Source: Acidimicrobiales bacterium
Lineage (GTDB): Bacteria > Actinomycetota > Acidimicrobiia > Acidimicrobiales > JBBRKR01
Assembly (NCBI GenBank): GCA_038231795.1
Contig: JBBRKR010000004.1
Coordinates: forward strand, 68,651-132,650
Direction: 5' to 3'
DNA: 64,000 nucleotides
Notes under the pieces: generated by a model
Told to the model about the DNA's origin: nothing
The model's input: the letters and a program-made list of their open reading frames with translations, nothing else
The model's database searches: none
Shown: positions 20,043-29,047 of the stretch, in pieces
Numbering within the stretch: position 1 is the first letter of the stretch
How the letters are laid out: every line of letters begins with the position of its first letter
Position numbers and translations under genes: made by a program

Positions 20043-20262
20043 CGTCCGCGCATTCGGGCAGTCCTCCCGTCGGCGACACTACGACCGCTCGCCGGTAGGC
20101 ACCCAGGCGCGCAATCGAGTCAGCCAGCGCAACCCCCAATGGCCATTAGCGGATTCGGTCGTTTGGACCGTCGACGCGCTGTTTGTTCAGTCACAAGCGA
20201 ACCATTGCACGACATAGGTGGGTCAATGTGAAGCTCGGCTCATCATCGGCGCCTAGCCATGC

Positions 20263-21096
20263 TCAGTCGAACTGGTCGAACCACGCGGTGTCAAGAACTG
20301 TCTTTGTGCGCAAGCCCAAACCCTTTGCCTCGACGAGCTCCCATATTCGTTGCCCGTCAATCAGGTTCACGTGTGGCGTGGTGTCCGTCGCTGCCTTGCG
20401 TGCCGCTTGCGAAAACGATCCGAGTGTCACAAAGACCGCCCGCTCGGCTCCCTTTGACGCGGCGTCCCGCTGGAACAGGGCGACGTCCCTGCGCTCAATG
20501 TTCGAACGCGACCCCTCCAGGTTGTATCGCTTGATTTGTACGGCGACCCTGTCGGCAAGTATTTCGCTGACGAGAGCGAGCCCGATCGCATCAACGCCCT
20601 CATCAGCTGGGCCACCAGTGCGGACGAGTTCCATTCCGTAGCTCTTCAAGAGATACACGACGAAGTCCTCGAAACCCCGGGGTGTGAGCGCGTGCAGGCG
20701 GGCGAGCGGTCTGGTCGATCATCACCGCTGTTGGCTTCTGTCGAGCGCGAGCCCTACGGACGCGGCGGTCATCTCGTCGACTGCGTCGCGTGCCTCCGCG
20801 TCGGGCAGGGAGAGCACGCGCTTGCCGTCGGCGGACAGGACGTAAAGGCCACGCTGCGGCGTCTCGACGAGCCCTCCGAGCTTGTTGTACGAGCGCGCCC
20901 AAGCCATACGATCGAGCAAGATCGAGTCGCCCGGCCGGTTTGGATACTCGACGGAGACGGCGACGTCATCGAACGCCATGTTCTCCACAATCCAGGCGGT
21001 GATCTCCCTGGCATGAGCGGTTCCACCAAACGCCTGCACGGCTCGGAGGGCTGGAAGAAGAAAGTCCTTGTACGGCGGCAGGTCTGAAGGCTCCAC
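20263..21096 (-). pseudogene. mrr: Mrr-type restriction endonuclease interrupted by tandem in-frame stops
   Basis: N-terminal ORF (20722..21096) is an Mrr_N winged helix (PYKDFLLPALRAVQAFGGTAHAREITAWIVE). The same frame continues after TGATGA (20719-20724) as LTPRGFEDFVVYLLKSYGMELVRTGGPADEGVDAIG...RAVFVTLGSF, the Mrr catalytic core. Confidence 0.75.
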
Positions 21097-21199
21097 GCGA
21101 GGAACGCCAAACGATGAACCGTGCAGGTATCGACTCCCGTATCACCACTCTGTGGTGGCCATCCCTTCGACCAATTTCAGTATGTGGCGCCGAATCCCG

Positions 21200-21360
21200 T
21201 GCCGGTGCGATTCACCGATGACCATCGCCGAATGCCACGCGAACATTGCCCGGCTGGCCCTGAGCCGATCGAGACGTTGCCGCCATTCGCTCCGTGGACG
21301 AACCGACTCGCGAAAATTCCCCTCAGCAATGGCACGACGAATCAGAACGCCGCTCGTCGG
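21200..21360 (-). pseudogene. 3'-terminal remnant of a second LLM-class oxidoreductase gene
   Basis: Minus-strand translation ...RESVRPRSEWRQRLDRLRASRAMFAWHSA parallels the C-terminus of the intact LLM gene (GSEWGQRLDRLRVSRAMFAWHAS). Nucleotide similarity runs 21230-21293 versus 16712-16778. Confidence 0.55.
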
Positions 21361-21377
21361 TCGAAAACCGGGCGTCT

Positions 21378-23195
21378 CTATTCTTCTGAGAACCGTCTGG
21401 ACTTGGTGGCCTTACCCCGAATTGTGGCGCTCTTGAGCGCATCGAGAACCGTGTCGACAGCACCTGACGGCACGCCGACAACGGAGAACCGATCCGAAAT
21501 GCTGATGGGGCCAATCTGGCGTCCTGACAGGTTGGATTCGTTGGCGATCGCCCCCACAAGGTCATTGGGACGGATGCCGTCTTTGCGGCCCAGCGCAATA
21601 TAAATGCGCGCCACATCGCCATCGTTTTCGTGGCGCGGGCGTGCGGCTCCATCGCGTGGGCCACGATCCGAAAACTCGCGTGGCTTTCGATCTTCACTAC
21701 CGCCGGAGCGACCCCGATCTTCACTTCCACCGGAGCGACCCCGGTCGTCGCTATTCCCTGAACGACCCCGGTCGTCATACGACTTGCCCTTTGGCCCCTT
21801 GCGATCGGAGTACATCGTGGGGTCGGGGATCTCGCGCTCGTCGACTGTGGCACCGGTGGCCAAATGCGCCAGTTTGATAGCAGCCAACGCGATATCGGCC
21901 ATGTCGTGCTCGCCCGTCAACGCATCGAGCACGCCCGAGTAATCACCAAGGTCGTCGGCGGCCAGCGCCTCCTTGATGGTCCCAATAGTGATTTCGATTT
22001 GCCGCTTACGAAGGTCGGCAACCGTCGGCACTTTCTCCACGGAGATCTTCTGCTTCGTGAGGCGCTCGATGTTGCCAAGCAGCCGTTGCTCGCGGGGCTC
22101 CGCCAACGTGATGGCAACACCCAAACGACCAGCGCGTCCAACGCGACCAATGCGATGCACATACGACTCAGGAGCAGACGGCACGTCGTAGTTGACCACG
22201 TGACTTAGCTGCTCTATATCGAGACCGCGAGCAGCCACATCGGTGGCCACCAACAGGTCGGTGACGCCGTTGCGCAAGCGAGTCATCACCTTGTCACGCA
22301 TCTCTTGGGTCATGCCACCGTGCAACGATTCAGCTCGGTAACCGCGGCCGTTCATTGTCTCGGTGAGCTCGTCGACCTCTGTGCGGGTACGGCAAAACAC
22401 GATTGCAGCCACGGGTGATTCAACATCCAGAATGCGGCCCAACGCAGCGGGCTTGTGTGAGCGCTGCACGATATACACGCTCTGCCTGACCAGTTGTTTG
22501 CCCGGCTTCGAATCACCCAAACCAATTTGAATTTTTAGCGGGTCATTGAGGTGGCGTTTGGCAATAGAGTTGATGCGTGGCGGCATGGTGGCCGAAAACA
22601 GCACGGTCTGGCGTTCGCTTGGCGTGGCTTTGAGGATTGCTTCAATGTCGTCGGCGAAGCCCATGTCGAGCATTTCGTCGGCTTCGTCGAGCACCACAAT
22701 TTCGATGTCATCGAGGGGCAACGTGTTGCGAGCAATATGGTCGAGCGCCCGGCCGGGTGTAGCCACCACGATGTGAACGCCGGCCGCCAGTTCCTTAAGT
22801 TGACGAAAAATCGGCTGGCCACCGTAGATCGGCAGCACCTTGGCGCCGAGGTCGCGACCGTATTTGTAAATTGCTTCCGACACCTGCATCGCCAGCTCAC
22901 GAGTAGGTACGAGCACCAACGCCATTGGCACCGCTGGCTTAGCGGATTTACCAGTCGAGCGCTGCAAACGCTGCAAGATCGGCAATGCAAATGCAGCAGT
23001 TTTGCCAGTGCCCGTGGCCGCTTGCCCGATCAGATCGCGCCCGTCGATCATGAGCGGAATCGTCTCGCGCTGGATCGGAGTCGGTTCTTCGTAGCCAAGC
23101 GTGTGCAATGCACTCAAAAGTTCTTTGCGGAGACCAAGATCCTCAAACGTGGTGAGGACTTCGGGTTCATCGGTTATTTCGCGAGGGGGATTCAC
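21378..23195 (-). CDS. DEAD-box ATP-dependent RNA helicase with C-terminal DbpA-like RNA-binding domain
   Basis: 605-aa ORF with the Q motif, AQTGTGKT-like GQAATGTGKTAAF, VLDEADEML (DEAD), SAT, HRIGRVGRAG, and a C-terminal ARIYIALGRKDGIRPNDLVGAI domain. Confidence 0.9.
   Translation of the reverse strand: MNPPREITDEPEVLTTFEDLGLRKELLSALHTLGYEEPTPIQRETIPLMIDGRDLIGQAATGTGKTAAFALPILQRLQRSTGKSAKPAVPMALVLVPTRELAMQVSEAIYKYGRDLGAKVLPIYGGQPIFRQLKELAAGVHIVVATPGRALDHIARNTLPLDDIEIVVLDEADEMLDMGFADDIEAILKATPSERQTVLFSATMPPRINSIAKRHLNDPLKIQIGLGDSKPGKQLVRQSVYIVQRSHKPAALGRILDVESPVAAIVFCRTRTEVDELTETMNGRGYRAESLHGGMTQEMRDKVMTRLRNGVTDLLVATDVAARGLDIEQLSHVVNYDVPSAPESYVHRIGRVGRAGRLGVAITLAEPREQRLLGNIERLTKQKISVEKVPTVADLRKRQIEITIGTIKEALAADDLGDYSGVLDALTGEHDMADIALAAIKLAHLATGATVDEREIPDPTMYSDRKGPKGKSYDDRGRSGNSDDRGRSGGSEDRGRSGGSEDRKPREFSDRGPRDGAARPRHENDGDVARIYIALGRKDGIRPNDLVGAIANESNLSGRQIGPISISDRFSVVGVPSGAVDTVLDALKSATIRGKATKSRRFSEE
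21688..21775 (-). repeat. 27-nt tandem repeat (about 3 units) inside the helicase linker, encoding DDRGRSGNS/DDRGRSGGS/EDRGRSGGS
   Basis: Plus strand cgatcttcactaccgccggagcgacccc / gatcttcacttccaccggagcgacccc / ggtcgtcgctattccctgaacgacccc. The protein reads SYDDRGRSGNSDDRGRSGGSEDRGRSGGSEDRKPRE. Confidence 0.85.
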
Positions 23196-23241
23196 CGTGC
23201 CAGGTTAATGGTTTTGGTAGCCAGGCACGCCGATAGCCGCT

Positions 23242-24420
23242 TCACATCGAAAAACGTCGAACTCGATGCTTGTTCAATTCAGCAGCCAACTCAGCCGGTG
23301 ACCATCGTTGGTCAAGGGCGCGCCGCACAACATCGGATTGCGCATCTGGCGTCAAGCCGCCAACAGGCGGATCGAAATCCAGGTTGGTGGGAAAGGCATA
23401 TCCTTCTGCGCTGGCTGCGACCACGTTGTCGACATCGCGAGGCGTGAATCCTCGTTGTTGGGCATCCAACAACGCTGGATAAATCGCATCGATCATTCGA
23501 TAGCGGTCGACCGATTCCATCGCCCTTCCGAACGCGGACGACACTTGAAGGAGGTTGGCCATACGGCGGGTATTGGGGGTGAGGTTGGTGCCCGCTCCGT
23601 GCAGAACTGCTGGATTGAAGAAGGCCACATCGCCATTCTGAAGTGGAACCTGAACAAAGTTTTTAGCGAAATAATTTTCGAATTCAGGCAACCGCCACGC
23701 CACATACCCAAACAAATACTTGTGCGAATGCGGCAAATACATCGTAGGCCCGGTCTCAATCGGCATGTCGCAGTGGGCCACGGCACCTTGCAGGGTGAGC
23801 AGCGGGCTCATCGCGTGAACCTGCGATGGGAATCGCTCGGCAACAGGTTGGGTGAGAAATCCAAGGTGGTAATCGCGATGCGGCTTTTGCGCTTCGCCGC
23901 CCGGATTCACCACATTTAGTTGCGAGGTAATTTGATAGTTCGGGCCTAACCAAGCTTCGGAAACAATCGCCAAAATGTCGTTGCGGTAATAATCCACAAA
24001 TACTTCGGGGGCCTGTACGGCTAGGCGTTCGAGGGCATTCCACACGCGGTCGTTGCCTCCCGGCTTGGCGAAATGATCTCCCGACTGTGCACCACTATGA
24101 TGTTGATCGTCGACCATTTTCTGAAACTCGATCGTGGCCCGATCCACCACACTGCGATCGGGAAATGCGTTCCTGAAAATCACTACTCCTGGCCCATCAC
24201 CAAGCGCCATCGCGAGTTCTGACTGGACGGCACGTCGACCAATGTAAGTGGCGGCCATCGCCACGACATGCGCCGATTCATACGTCACCACGCCGTTGTC
24301 CAGACATGAAGCATTGGGGTAGTCGGCTATGTCCGTCGAAATCGAACAAATATCGTTAAGATCGGCCACGTGGCAGTCCGTGGCTGCGATCCACTGAGGC
24401 GAAACCTTCTTGCCGTTCAC
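23242..24420 (-). CDS. phytanoyl-CoA dioxygenase (PhyH) family Fe(II)/2-oxoglutarate oxygenase
   Basis: 392-aa ORF with QKPHRDYHLGF (H-x-D), later HSHKY and NPAVLHGAGTN. Family-level call only. Confidence 0.7.
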   Translation of the reverse strand: MNGKKVSPQWIAATDCHVADLNDICSISTDIADYPNASCLDNGVVTYESAHVVAMAATYIGRRAVQSELAMALGDGPGVVIFRNAFPDRSVVDRATIEFQKMVDDQHHSGAQSGDHFAKPGGNDRVWNALERLAVQAPEVFVDYYRNDILAIVSEAWLGPNYQITSQLNVVNPGGEAQKPHRDYHLGFLTQPVAERFPSQVHAMSPLLTLQGAVAHCDMPIETGPTMYLPHSHKYLFGYVAWRLPEFENYFAKNFVQVPLQNGDVAFFNPAVLHGAGTNLTPNTRRMANLLQVSSAFGRAMESVDRYRMIDAIYPALLDAQQRGFTPRDVDNVVAASAEGYAFPTNLDFDPPVGGLTPDAQSDVVRRALDQRWSPAELAAELNKHRVRRFSM

Positions 24421-24427
24421 CAGCCGA

Positions 24428-24955
24428 ATGCTAGCCGCAGCGCCCGTCCTGAAGTTCTCGCCAACTACATTCGACGGGGTGAACGCGCGACGGTCCGGTG
24501 ATGGCTTTATTCGGTGCAGTGATGGACACGTGCGGTGGGGCGTCTACGGCGCGGCAGGCGTTGTCTTTGTGTGGCGCGATGCCGACAACGTGGACCGAGT
24601 GATGCTCCAACTGCGTTCCCAATTTTCCCACGAGGGAGGCACATGGTCGTGTGCGGGTGGCGCTTTGGACGAGGGTGAAACGCCGTACCAAGGAGCATTG
24701 CGAGAAGCATCCGAAGAAGTCGGTTTTGCCCCCGACGACCATACTGTCCTCGGCGACTATGAGTTCGTGCCCGCTACCGATTGGACCTACACGACAATCG
24801 TCATTCAAGTAGGCGCGCCATTCGGCGAGTCGATGAACTTTGAAACCGACGCCGTGATGTGGACGGCGGTTGACGAGGTGTCAACACTCCCACTTCACGC
24901 CGGGTTCGCTGCCGCTTGGCCGCACGTCCACGCCATTATCACGGCTGACCGCTAA
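24428..24955 (+). CDS. NUDIX hydrolase
   Basis: Nudix box GGALDEGETPYQGALREASEEVG. Start at ATG 24428; TTG 24410 is also possible. Confidence 0.85.
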   Translation: MLAAAPVLKFSPTTFDGVNARRSGDGFIRCSDGHVRWGVYGAAGVVFVWRDADNVDRVMLQLRSQFSHEGGTWSCAGGALDEGETPYQGALREASEEVGFAPDDHTVLGDYEFVPATDWTYTTIVIQVGAPFGESMNFETDAVMWTAVDEVSTLPLHAGFAAAWPHVHAIITADR

Positions 24956-24968
24956 CGGCGCTGGCCAG

Positions 24969-26210
24969 TCACTCGGACTTGCGTGGGCGGCGAATCGCGG
25001 TGCCAGAATTCAGCGAAGCTTTGTCGCCTGCGGCACGCCCAGCGTGCCACCCCGCAGCGTTACTCATGCGAGGCCTGACCGTTTTCATTTTCGGAAACGC
25101 ATGTGTCACCGCTTCATCTACGTCGGCTTCACGTTGATGCAACACCACCACAAACGCAGTACCAAACTCGGCTTCGGCTTCCGTCGCAGATGCATTCACA
25201 ACCTCGGCCAATCGTTCGCCGATCCGGCTAGCGAATGCGACAAGAAACGTGCTCCGAAACGACCTCGTGCGGGTGACCCCCGCCTCGTTGATAAGGCGAC
25301 CAGCGATCACCATGGCATGAGTGGCCTGGGCTAGAAGAGATGTAAACAACATGTCGACAACCGCGAGATCAGTGGGAAATCCGAACACGGTGACAAACCC
25401 GAAATCCGACTGCAGCACCACTCGGCATCGATTGGCACGAGCCACCGCATTGACCAACGACGACTTTGCATCGATGTACGGCGGATCGAGATGAATACGC
25501 ACAGCCGCGGCGCCAGCACTGGCACCGTGGTTGCTGGCAGCCAGCATTGCTACATCGATTGAAAATCGCGTCATCAATTGTTGCGCTTTTTCGGTAAACG
25601 CGTCGGCCTCTTCAACGAAATCAGTGGATTCAGCTTTGGCCAACAACGCCCGAATTCGGGCCAACAATTTGGCATCAATCGATTGCGATCCATCTGATGC
25701 CCTGGAAGCCGCAGCACCGGGACCCGGCGGCGGGATCAGAGTCGGCAAAACAGGCAGATAAGTTAGGCGTGCCAATAACTCCATGGCCTGTTCGACGACA
25801 GTGCGCACGTTCAGGCCAGTGGCATTGACCACCACCGCCAGCCAACCGTTGCGCAGCTGGTGTCGCTTTTCCCACCAAGCTCCCAATTCCTCAAGTTGTG
25901 AAACCCACTCTGGGTGCATTGGCACGTCGTTGTCGAGCACGGCGTCACTGCCGATGGCAGCCGCCGCAACGATTGCGTGGCTGGGCGAGTCAAGCCGTCG
26001 CACAACGCTGCACACATCGGCTGGCTGCCAACCGGACCGCCACAGCCGCCGCAACGCTAGTGACATCTGCCCTTCGAGCTCGCTCGATAACTCGTTGCCA
26101 CGCTCCCCTGTACCACTGTCGGTCGCCACGATGTGATCAATCCACACGTCGTAGCTATCGAGGTCATGAGTGAGGTAAGCCGACACTGCCGTAGCGATCA
26201 TGTCGGCCAT
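24969..26210 (-). CDS. DUF2786 domain-containing protein
   Basis: Start at ATG 26210 (MADMIATAVSAY). Central LLARIRALLAKAESTDFVEEADAFTEKAQQLMTRFSI is the DUF2786 signature. The ORF extension up to 26693 overlaps the acyltransferase gene and is rejected. Confidence 0.7.
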   Translation of the reverse strand: MADMIATAVSAYLTHDLDSYDVWIDHIVATDSGTGERGNELSSELEGQMSLALRRLWRSGWQPADVCSVVRRLDSPSHAIVAAAAIGSDAVLDNDVPMHPEWVSQLEELGAWWEKRHQLRNGWLAVVVNATGLNVRTVVEQAMELLARLTYLPVLPTLIPPPGPGAAASRASDGSQSIDAKLLARIRALLAKAESTDFVEEADAFTEKAQQLMTRFSIDVAMLAASNHGASAGAAAVRIHLDPPYIDAKSSLVNAVARANRCRVVLQSDFGFVTVFGFPTDLAVVDMLFTSLLAQATHAMVIAGRLINEAGVTRTRSFRSTFLVAFASRIGERLAEVVNASATEAEAEFGTAFVVVLHQREADVDEAVTHAFPKMKTVRPRMSNAAGWHAGRAAGDKASLNSGTAIRRPRKSE

Positions 26211-26260
26211 CGATGGCAGTTCCCGTTGCGAGGTGAACGGAGGCAGGTTACGCGCCACTT

Positions 26261-27169
26261 CTACGACGTGTAGCCAGGGTCGCTTGGCCAGTTGGGTTGA
26301 AAGAGGTGCCACTGCTCGGGCGCCTGGCGGATCAAAAATTCGAGTTCGTTGGCCAGGCTTTGCGTGACCCTGGCCACGTCTTCGCGTAACGATCCTGTGC
26401 GAGTGAGATCCAGAGGTGGCCGAATGATGGCGTGATGGTGTTTGCGTCCCCGGAAATAACAGGCTACGGGCAAGATCGGCGCCCCCGATCGCAACGCCAG
26501 CATGGCGGGGCCTGATGGCAACGTGGTGCGTTCGCCAAAAAACTCGACCGACGTGCCGCCTTTGCTGATATCTCGATCGCACAATAGACATACGATCTCG
26601 TTGTCTTTCAAAGCTTTGGCGATAACCGCTCCCGCACTGGGTCCCAGAGGCACAACTCGCATGCCGTAGTTTTCGCGAAGGCCCTTGAACCAATCAAAGA
26701 GATCCGGCGGCTCCAACGCTTCCACGACAACGGTAATTTTGTACCCCTGATCGGCAATCCACCGCCCAGCACACTCCCATCCGCCGAGGTGCGGCAACGC
26801 GAAAATTACGCCGTTGCCCTTGGCCAATGCATCGTCAATATGGTGGGTCCCATCACGGGTGAAATTTGCATCAATCTCCAGTTTCGAGGCGTCGGTTATT
26901 CGAAATGCCTCCACCCAATACCTGGTGTAACTCTCAAACGATTCGGCCACCAACGACCGCATTCGGGCTGGGGAAACATCGGCTCCAACTACCCGCTTGA
27001 TATTGCGTTCGACCACGTGGCGCTTTTCGCGCAGCATTGGCGCCAGTGATGCTCCAACCACATTGGGCAACACGTTGGCTAGCGGCCCTGGCAACAGGCG
27101 GGCAGCGAGCGCCCCCGACCGATACAGCGCGGTAATCCCGCTAGGAAATGTGTTGTTACGCTCCATCAC
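26261..27169 (-). CDS. lysophospholipid/lauroyl acyltransferase family (PatA-like phosphatidylinositol mannoside acyltransferase candidate)
   Basis: 302-aa ORF with IFALPHLGGWE (acyltransferase His motif) and LCDRD. Positioned directly downstream of pgsA, as in mycobacteria. Confidence 0.8.
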   Translation of the reverse strand: MMERNNTFPSGITALYRSGALAARLLPGPLANVLPNVVGASLAPMLREKRHVVERNIKRVVGADVSPARMRSLVAESFESYTRYWVEAFRITDASKLEIDANFTRDGTHHIDDALAKGNGVIFALPHLGGWECAGRWIADQGYKITVVVEALEPPDLFDWFKGLRENYGMRVVPLGPSAGAVIAKALKDNEIVCLLCDRDISKGGTSVEFFGERTTLPSGPAMLALRSGAPILPVACYFRGRKHHHAIIRPPLDLTRTGSLREDVARVTQSLANELEFLIRQAPEQWHLFQPNWPSDPGYTS

Positions 27170-27201
27170 TTACTCAGAATCGGTGCCAGAAACAGAGCTT
27201 G

Positions 27202-27885
27202 TTACTTACGGCGAGCTGCAGCCCGTTGCCGCACTGTTCGAGAAACAGTCGACGACGGCCGGTACTGGCGACGCTTGATGGCTAACGCCTCTAGCAGCGG
27301 CGGCACATTGGACGCTTGACGCCACACCTTTACGAACCGTTGAATAGCGGTGATGGTGCTGAGCACCAACATGACCCACAACACTTGGTAGAGAAACCGG
27401 TCAAATAGCAAGCCGAGGGCCAATACGATGATTCGTTCGGCCCGTTCCATAAGGCCGCCTTTGGCGTCGTACCCCAGCGATTCGGCCTTGGCCCGCATGT
27501 ATGAGATCGTGGCCGATACAGCCAAAATTGCGAACGGCAACAGCGCATAGTGGGGGCCCTTGACGGTATCGAGATGCCACGCCACACCACCAAGCAACAA
27601 TGAGTCGGTGATTCGATCAGCTGTCGAATCGAAGAAGGCTCCCCGAGGTGAAGCGCTACCTGAAGCCTTGGCTACTGCTCCATCGAGCAAGTCAGGTAAA
27701 GCGGAAAGCACCAACAACAGCAGGCCCAATTTCAGAGCGCCACTTCCGATAGCGACGGCGGCGCCACACGCCACCACGAGGCCGAGGGCAGTGAGATGAT
27801 CGGCAGTAATACCTGTCCGTTTCAGGCCGTGACCCACGGGGACAAGACCCTTCTCGATACCTACTTTGAAGCGACCGTCAAACAT
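27202..27885 (-). CDS. pgsA: CDP-alcohol phosphatidyltransferase (phosphatidylinositol phosphate synthase-like)
   Basis: CDP-OH_P_transf motif D-x2-DG-x2-AR...G-x3-D-x3-D visible as LPDLLDGAVAKASGSASPRGAFFDSTADRITD. Multiple TM helices. Confidence 0.85.
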   Translation of the reverse strand: MFDGRFKVGIEKGLVPVGHGLKRTGITADHLTALGLVVACGAAVAIGSGALKLGLLLLVLSALPDLLDGAVAKASGSASPRGAFFDSTADRITDSLLLGGVAWHLDTVKGPHYALLPFAILAVSATISYMRAKAESLGYDAKGGLMERAERIIVLALGLLFDRFLYQVLWVMLVLSTITAIQRFVKVWRQASNVPPLLEALAIKRRQYRPSSTVSRTVRQRAAARRK

Positions 27886-27963
27886 GGATCAAAGGCTAGC
27901 CGCCTCAGGCACGGATGCCGAGAATCGACATGCTCCCGAAGATCGCAACGGCGCGCCAGAAAC

Positions 27964-28485
27964 TCAGTCGTATTCCGACCAGTCTTCCGGGTTGGCCTCA
28001 ACGAGGTGATCCACAACATGGCCATCGACACCATCGATAAGCGCGAATCCTCGTTGCGTGGGCGGCTCGTCGGCCGAGTAGCACAACACACGCCACGTCG
28101 GGCGGCTACGAAACCCTCTGCCTGACAGCTGGGCAGAAGCATGGCCTACCGGGAATCCAACGGCCTTCGATGCTTCGACCAACGCACTTGTCTCGGTAAT
28201 GGTGAGGTCCCATGCCGTGACAAAATGATGGATCCCCATAGCCGCCAACGCGATCGCTCCCCACAACGTGCCGTTGTTGACCAACACGGGCGACGAATTT
28301 CGCGTGGCGATGTACAAGGCCAACAGAACTACTGCTGATCCCAGATACATCATTGCTGGGCCTCGACGACGCTTCACATTGGGGAACTGGTACGGCCCCA
28401 CGAAGGCGCTCAGATCGAGATCCTGCGGCAGTGAGTCAACGTGGTCGGGAGCTACCGTTTCGGGCTCGCTCGGCGTTTGGGTCAT
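27964..28485 (-). CDS. hypothetical membrane protein (2 TM helices)
   Basis: 173-aa ORF whose start overlaps the HIT gene stop. TM segments MMYLGSAVVLLALYIA and LWGAIALAAMGIHHFV. No family recognised. Confidence 0.55.
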   Translation of the reverse strand: MTQTPSEPETVAPDHVDSLPQDLDLSAFVGPYQFPNVKRRRGPAMMYLGSAVVLLALYIATRNSSPVLVNNGTLWGAIALAAMGIHHFVTAWDLTITETSALVEASKAVGFPVGHASAQLSGRGFRSRPTWRVLCYSADEPPTQRGFALIDGVDGHVVDHLVEANPEDWSEYD

Positions 28486-29027
28486 TTCCCAACCTTAGTT
28501 GAAGCACCCTCGACCGCCGCCCAGGCTGAGCGCAGTTTGCTCAGAGTGAGGGGCAACGACTCTGGCATCACTCGTGTGGTGGCGGTGGCGGTCATGAAAT
28601 TGGAATCAGCGCTCCAACGAGGCACCACATGTACATGCAGATGACCTGGCACGCCAGCCCCGGCCGCCTCGCCGAGGTTCATCCCAAGGTTGACGCCCTC
28701 TGGCTTGTAGGCATGCTTGATCGCTTTGACGGATGTGGTAGTCAAAGAAAATAATTCGTAATGTTCGCTTGGCGTAAGAGATTCAAGGTCGCCAATTTCC
28801 CGATACGGCATGATCAATACGTGCCCGGAGTTATACGGATAGGCGTTCAAAATCACGAAGCACATTTCCCCGCGATACAGAATGTACGTGTCGTCATCCG
28901 GCATGCCCGACGCCAGGATTCGGGTAAACACGGATCCCGTTTGATCGGGTCCTGGCAAGTTGCCACCTTGGCTAGCCGAAGCAATGTACTCAGCCCGCCA
29001 TCCAGCCCACATCTGTTGCCATGTCAT
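28482..29027 (-). CDS. HIT family protein (Ap4A phosphorylase-like)
   Basis: Histidine triad GHLHVHVVPRW. Position between thrS and pgsA matches the mycobacterial arrangement. Confidence 0.85.
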   Translation of the reverse strand: MTWQQMWAGWRAEYIASASQGGNLPGPDQTGSVFTRILASGMPDDDTYILYRGEMCFVILNAYPYNSGHVLIMPYREIGDLESLTPSEHYELFSLTTTSVKAIKHAYKPEGVNLGMNLGEAAGAGVPGHLHVHVVPRWSADSNFMTATATTRVMPESLPLTLSKLRSAWAAVEGASTKVGK

Positions 29028-29047
29028 CTAGCTCAACGACCCGATAC

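Noticed and set aside
26211-26693. N-terminal 161 codons of the 574-aa ORF 24969..26693
   Set aside because: This part is Arg/Ser/His-rich with no recognisable domain, and it overlaps the well-supported acyltransferase gene (26261..27169) on the same strand. The DUF2786 protein starts plausibly at ATG 26210.
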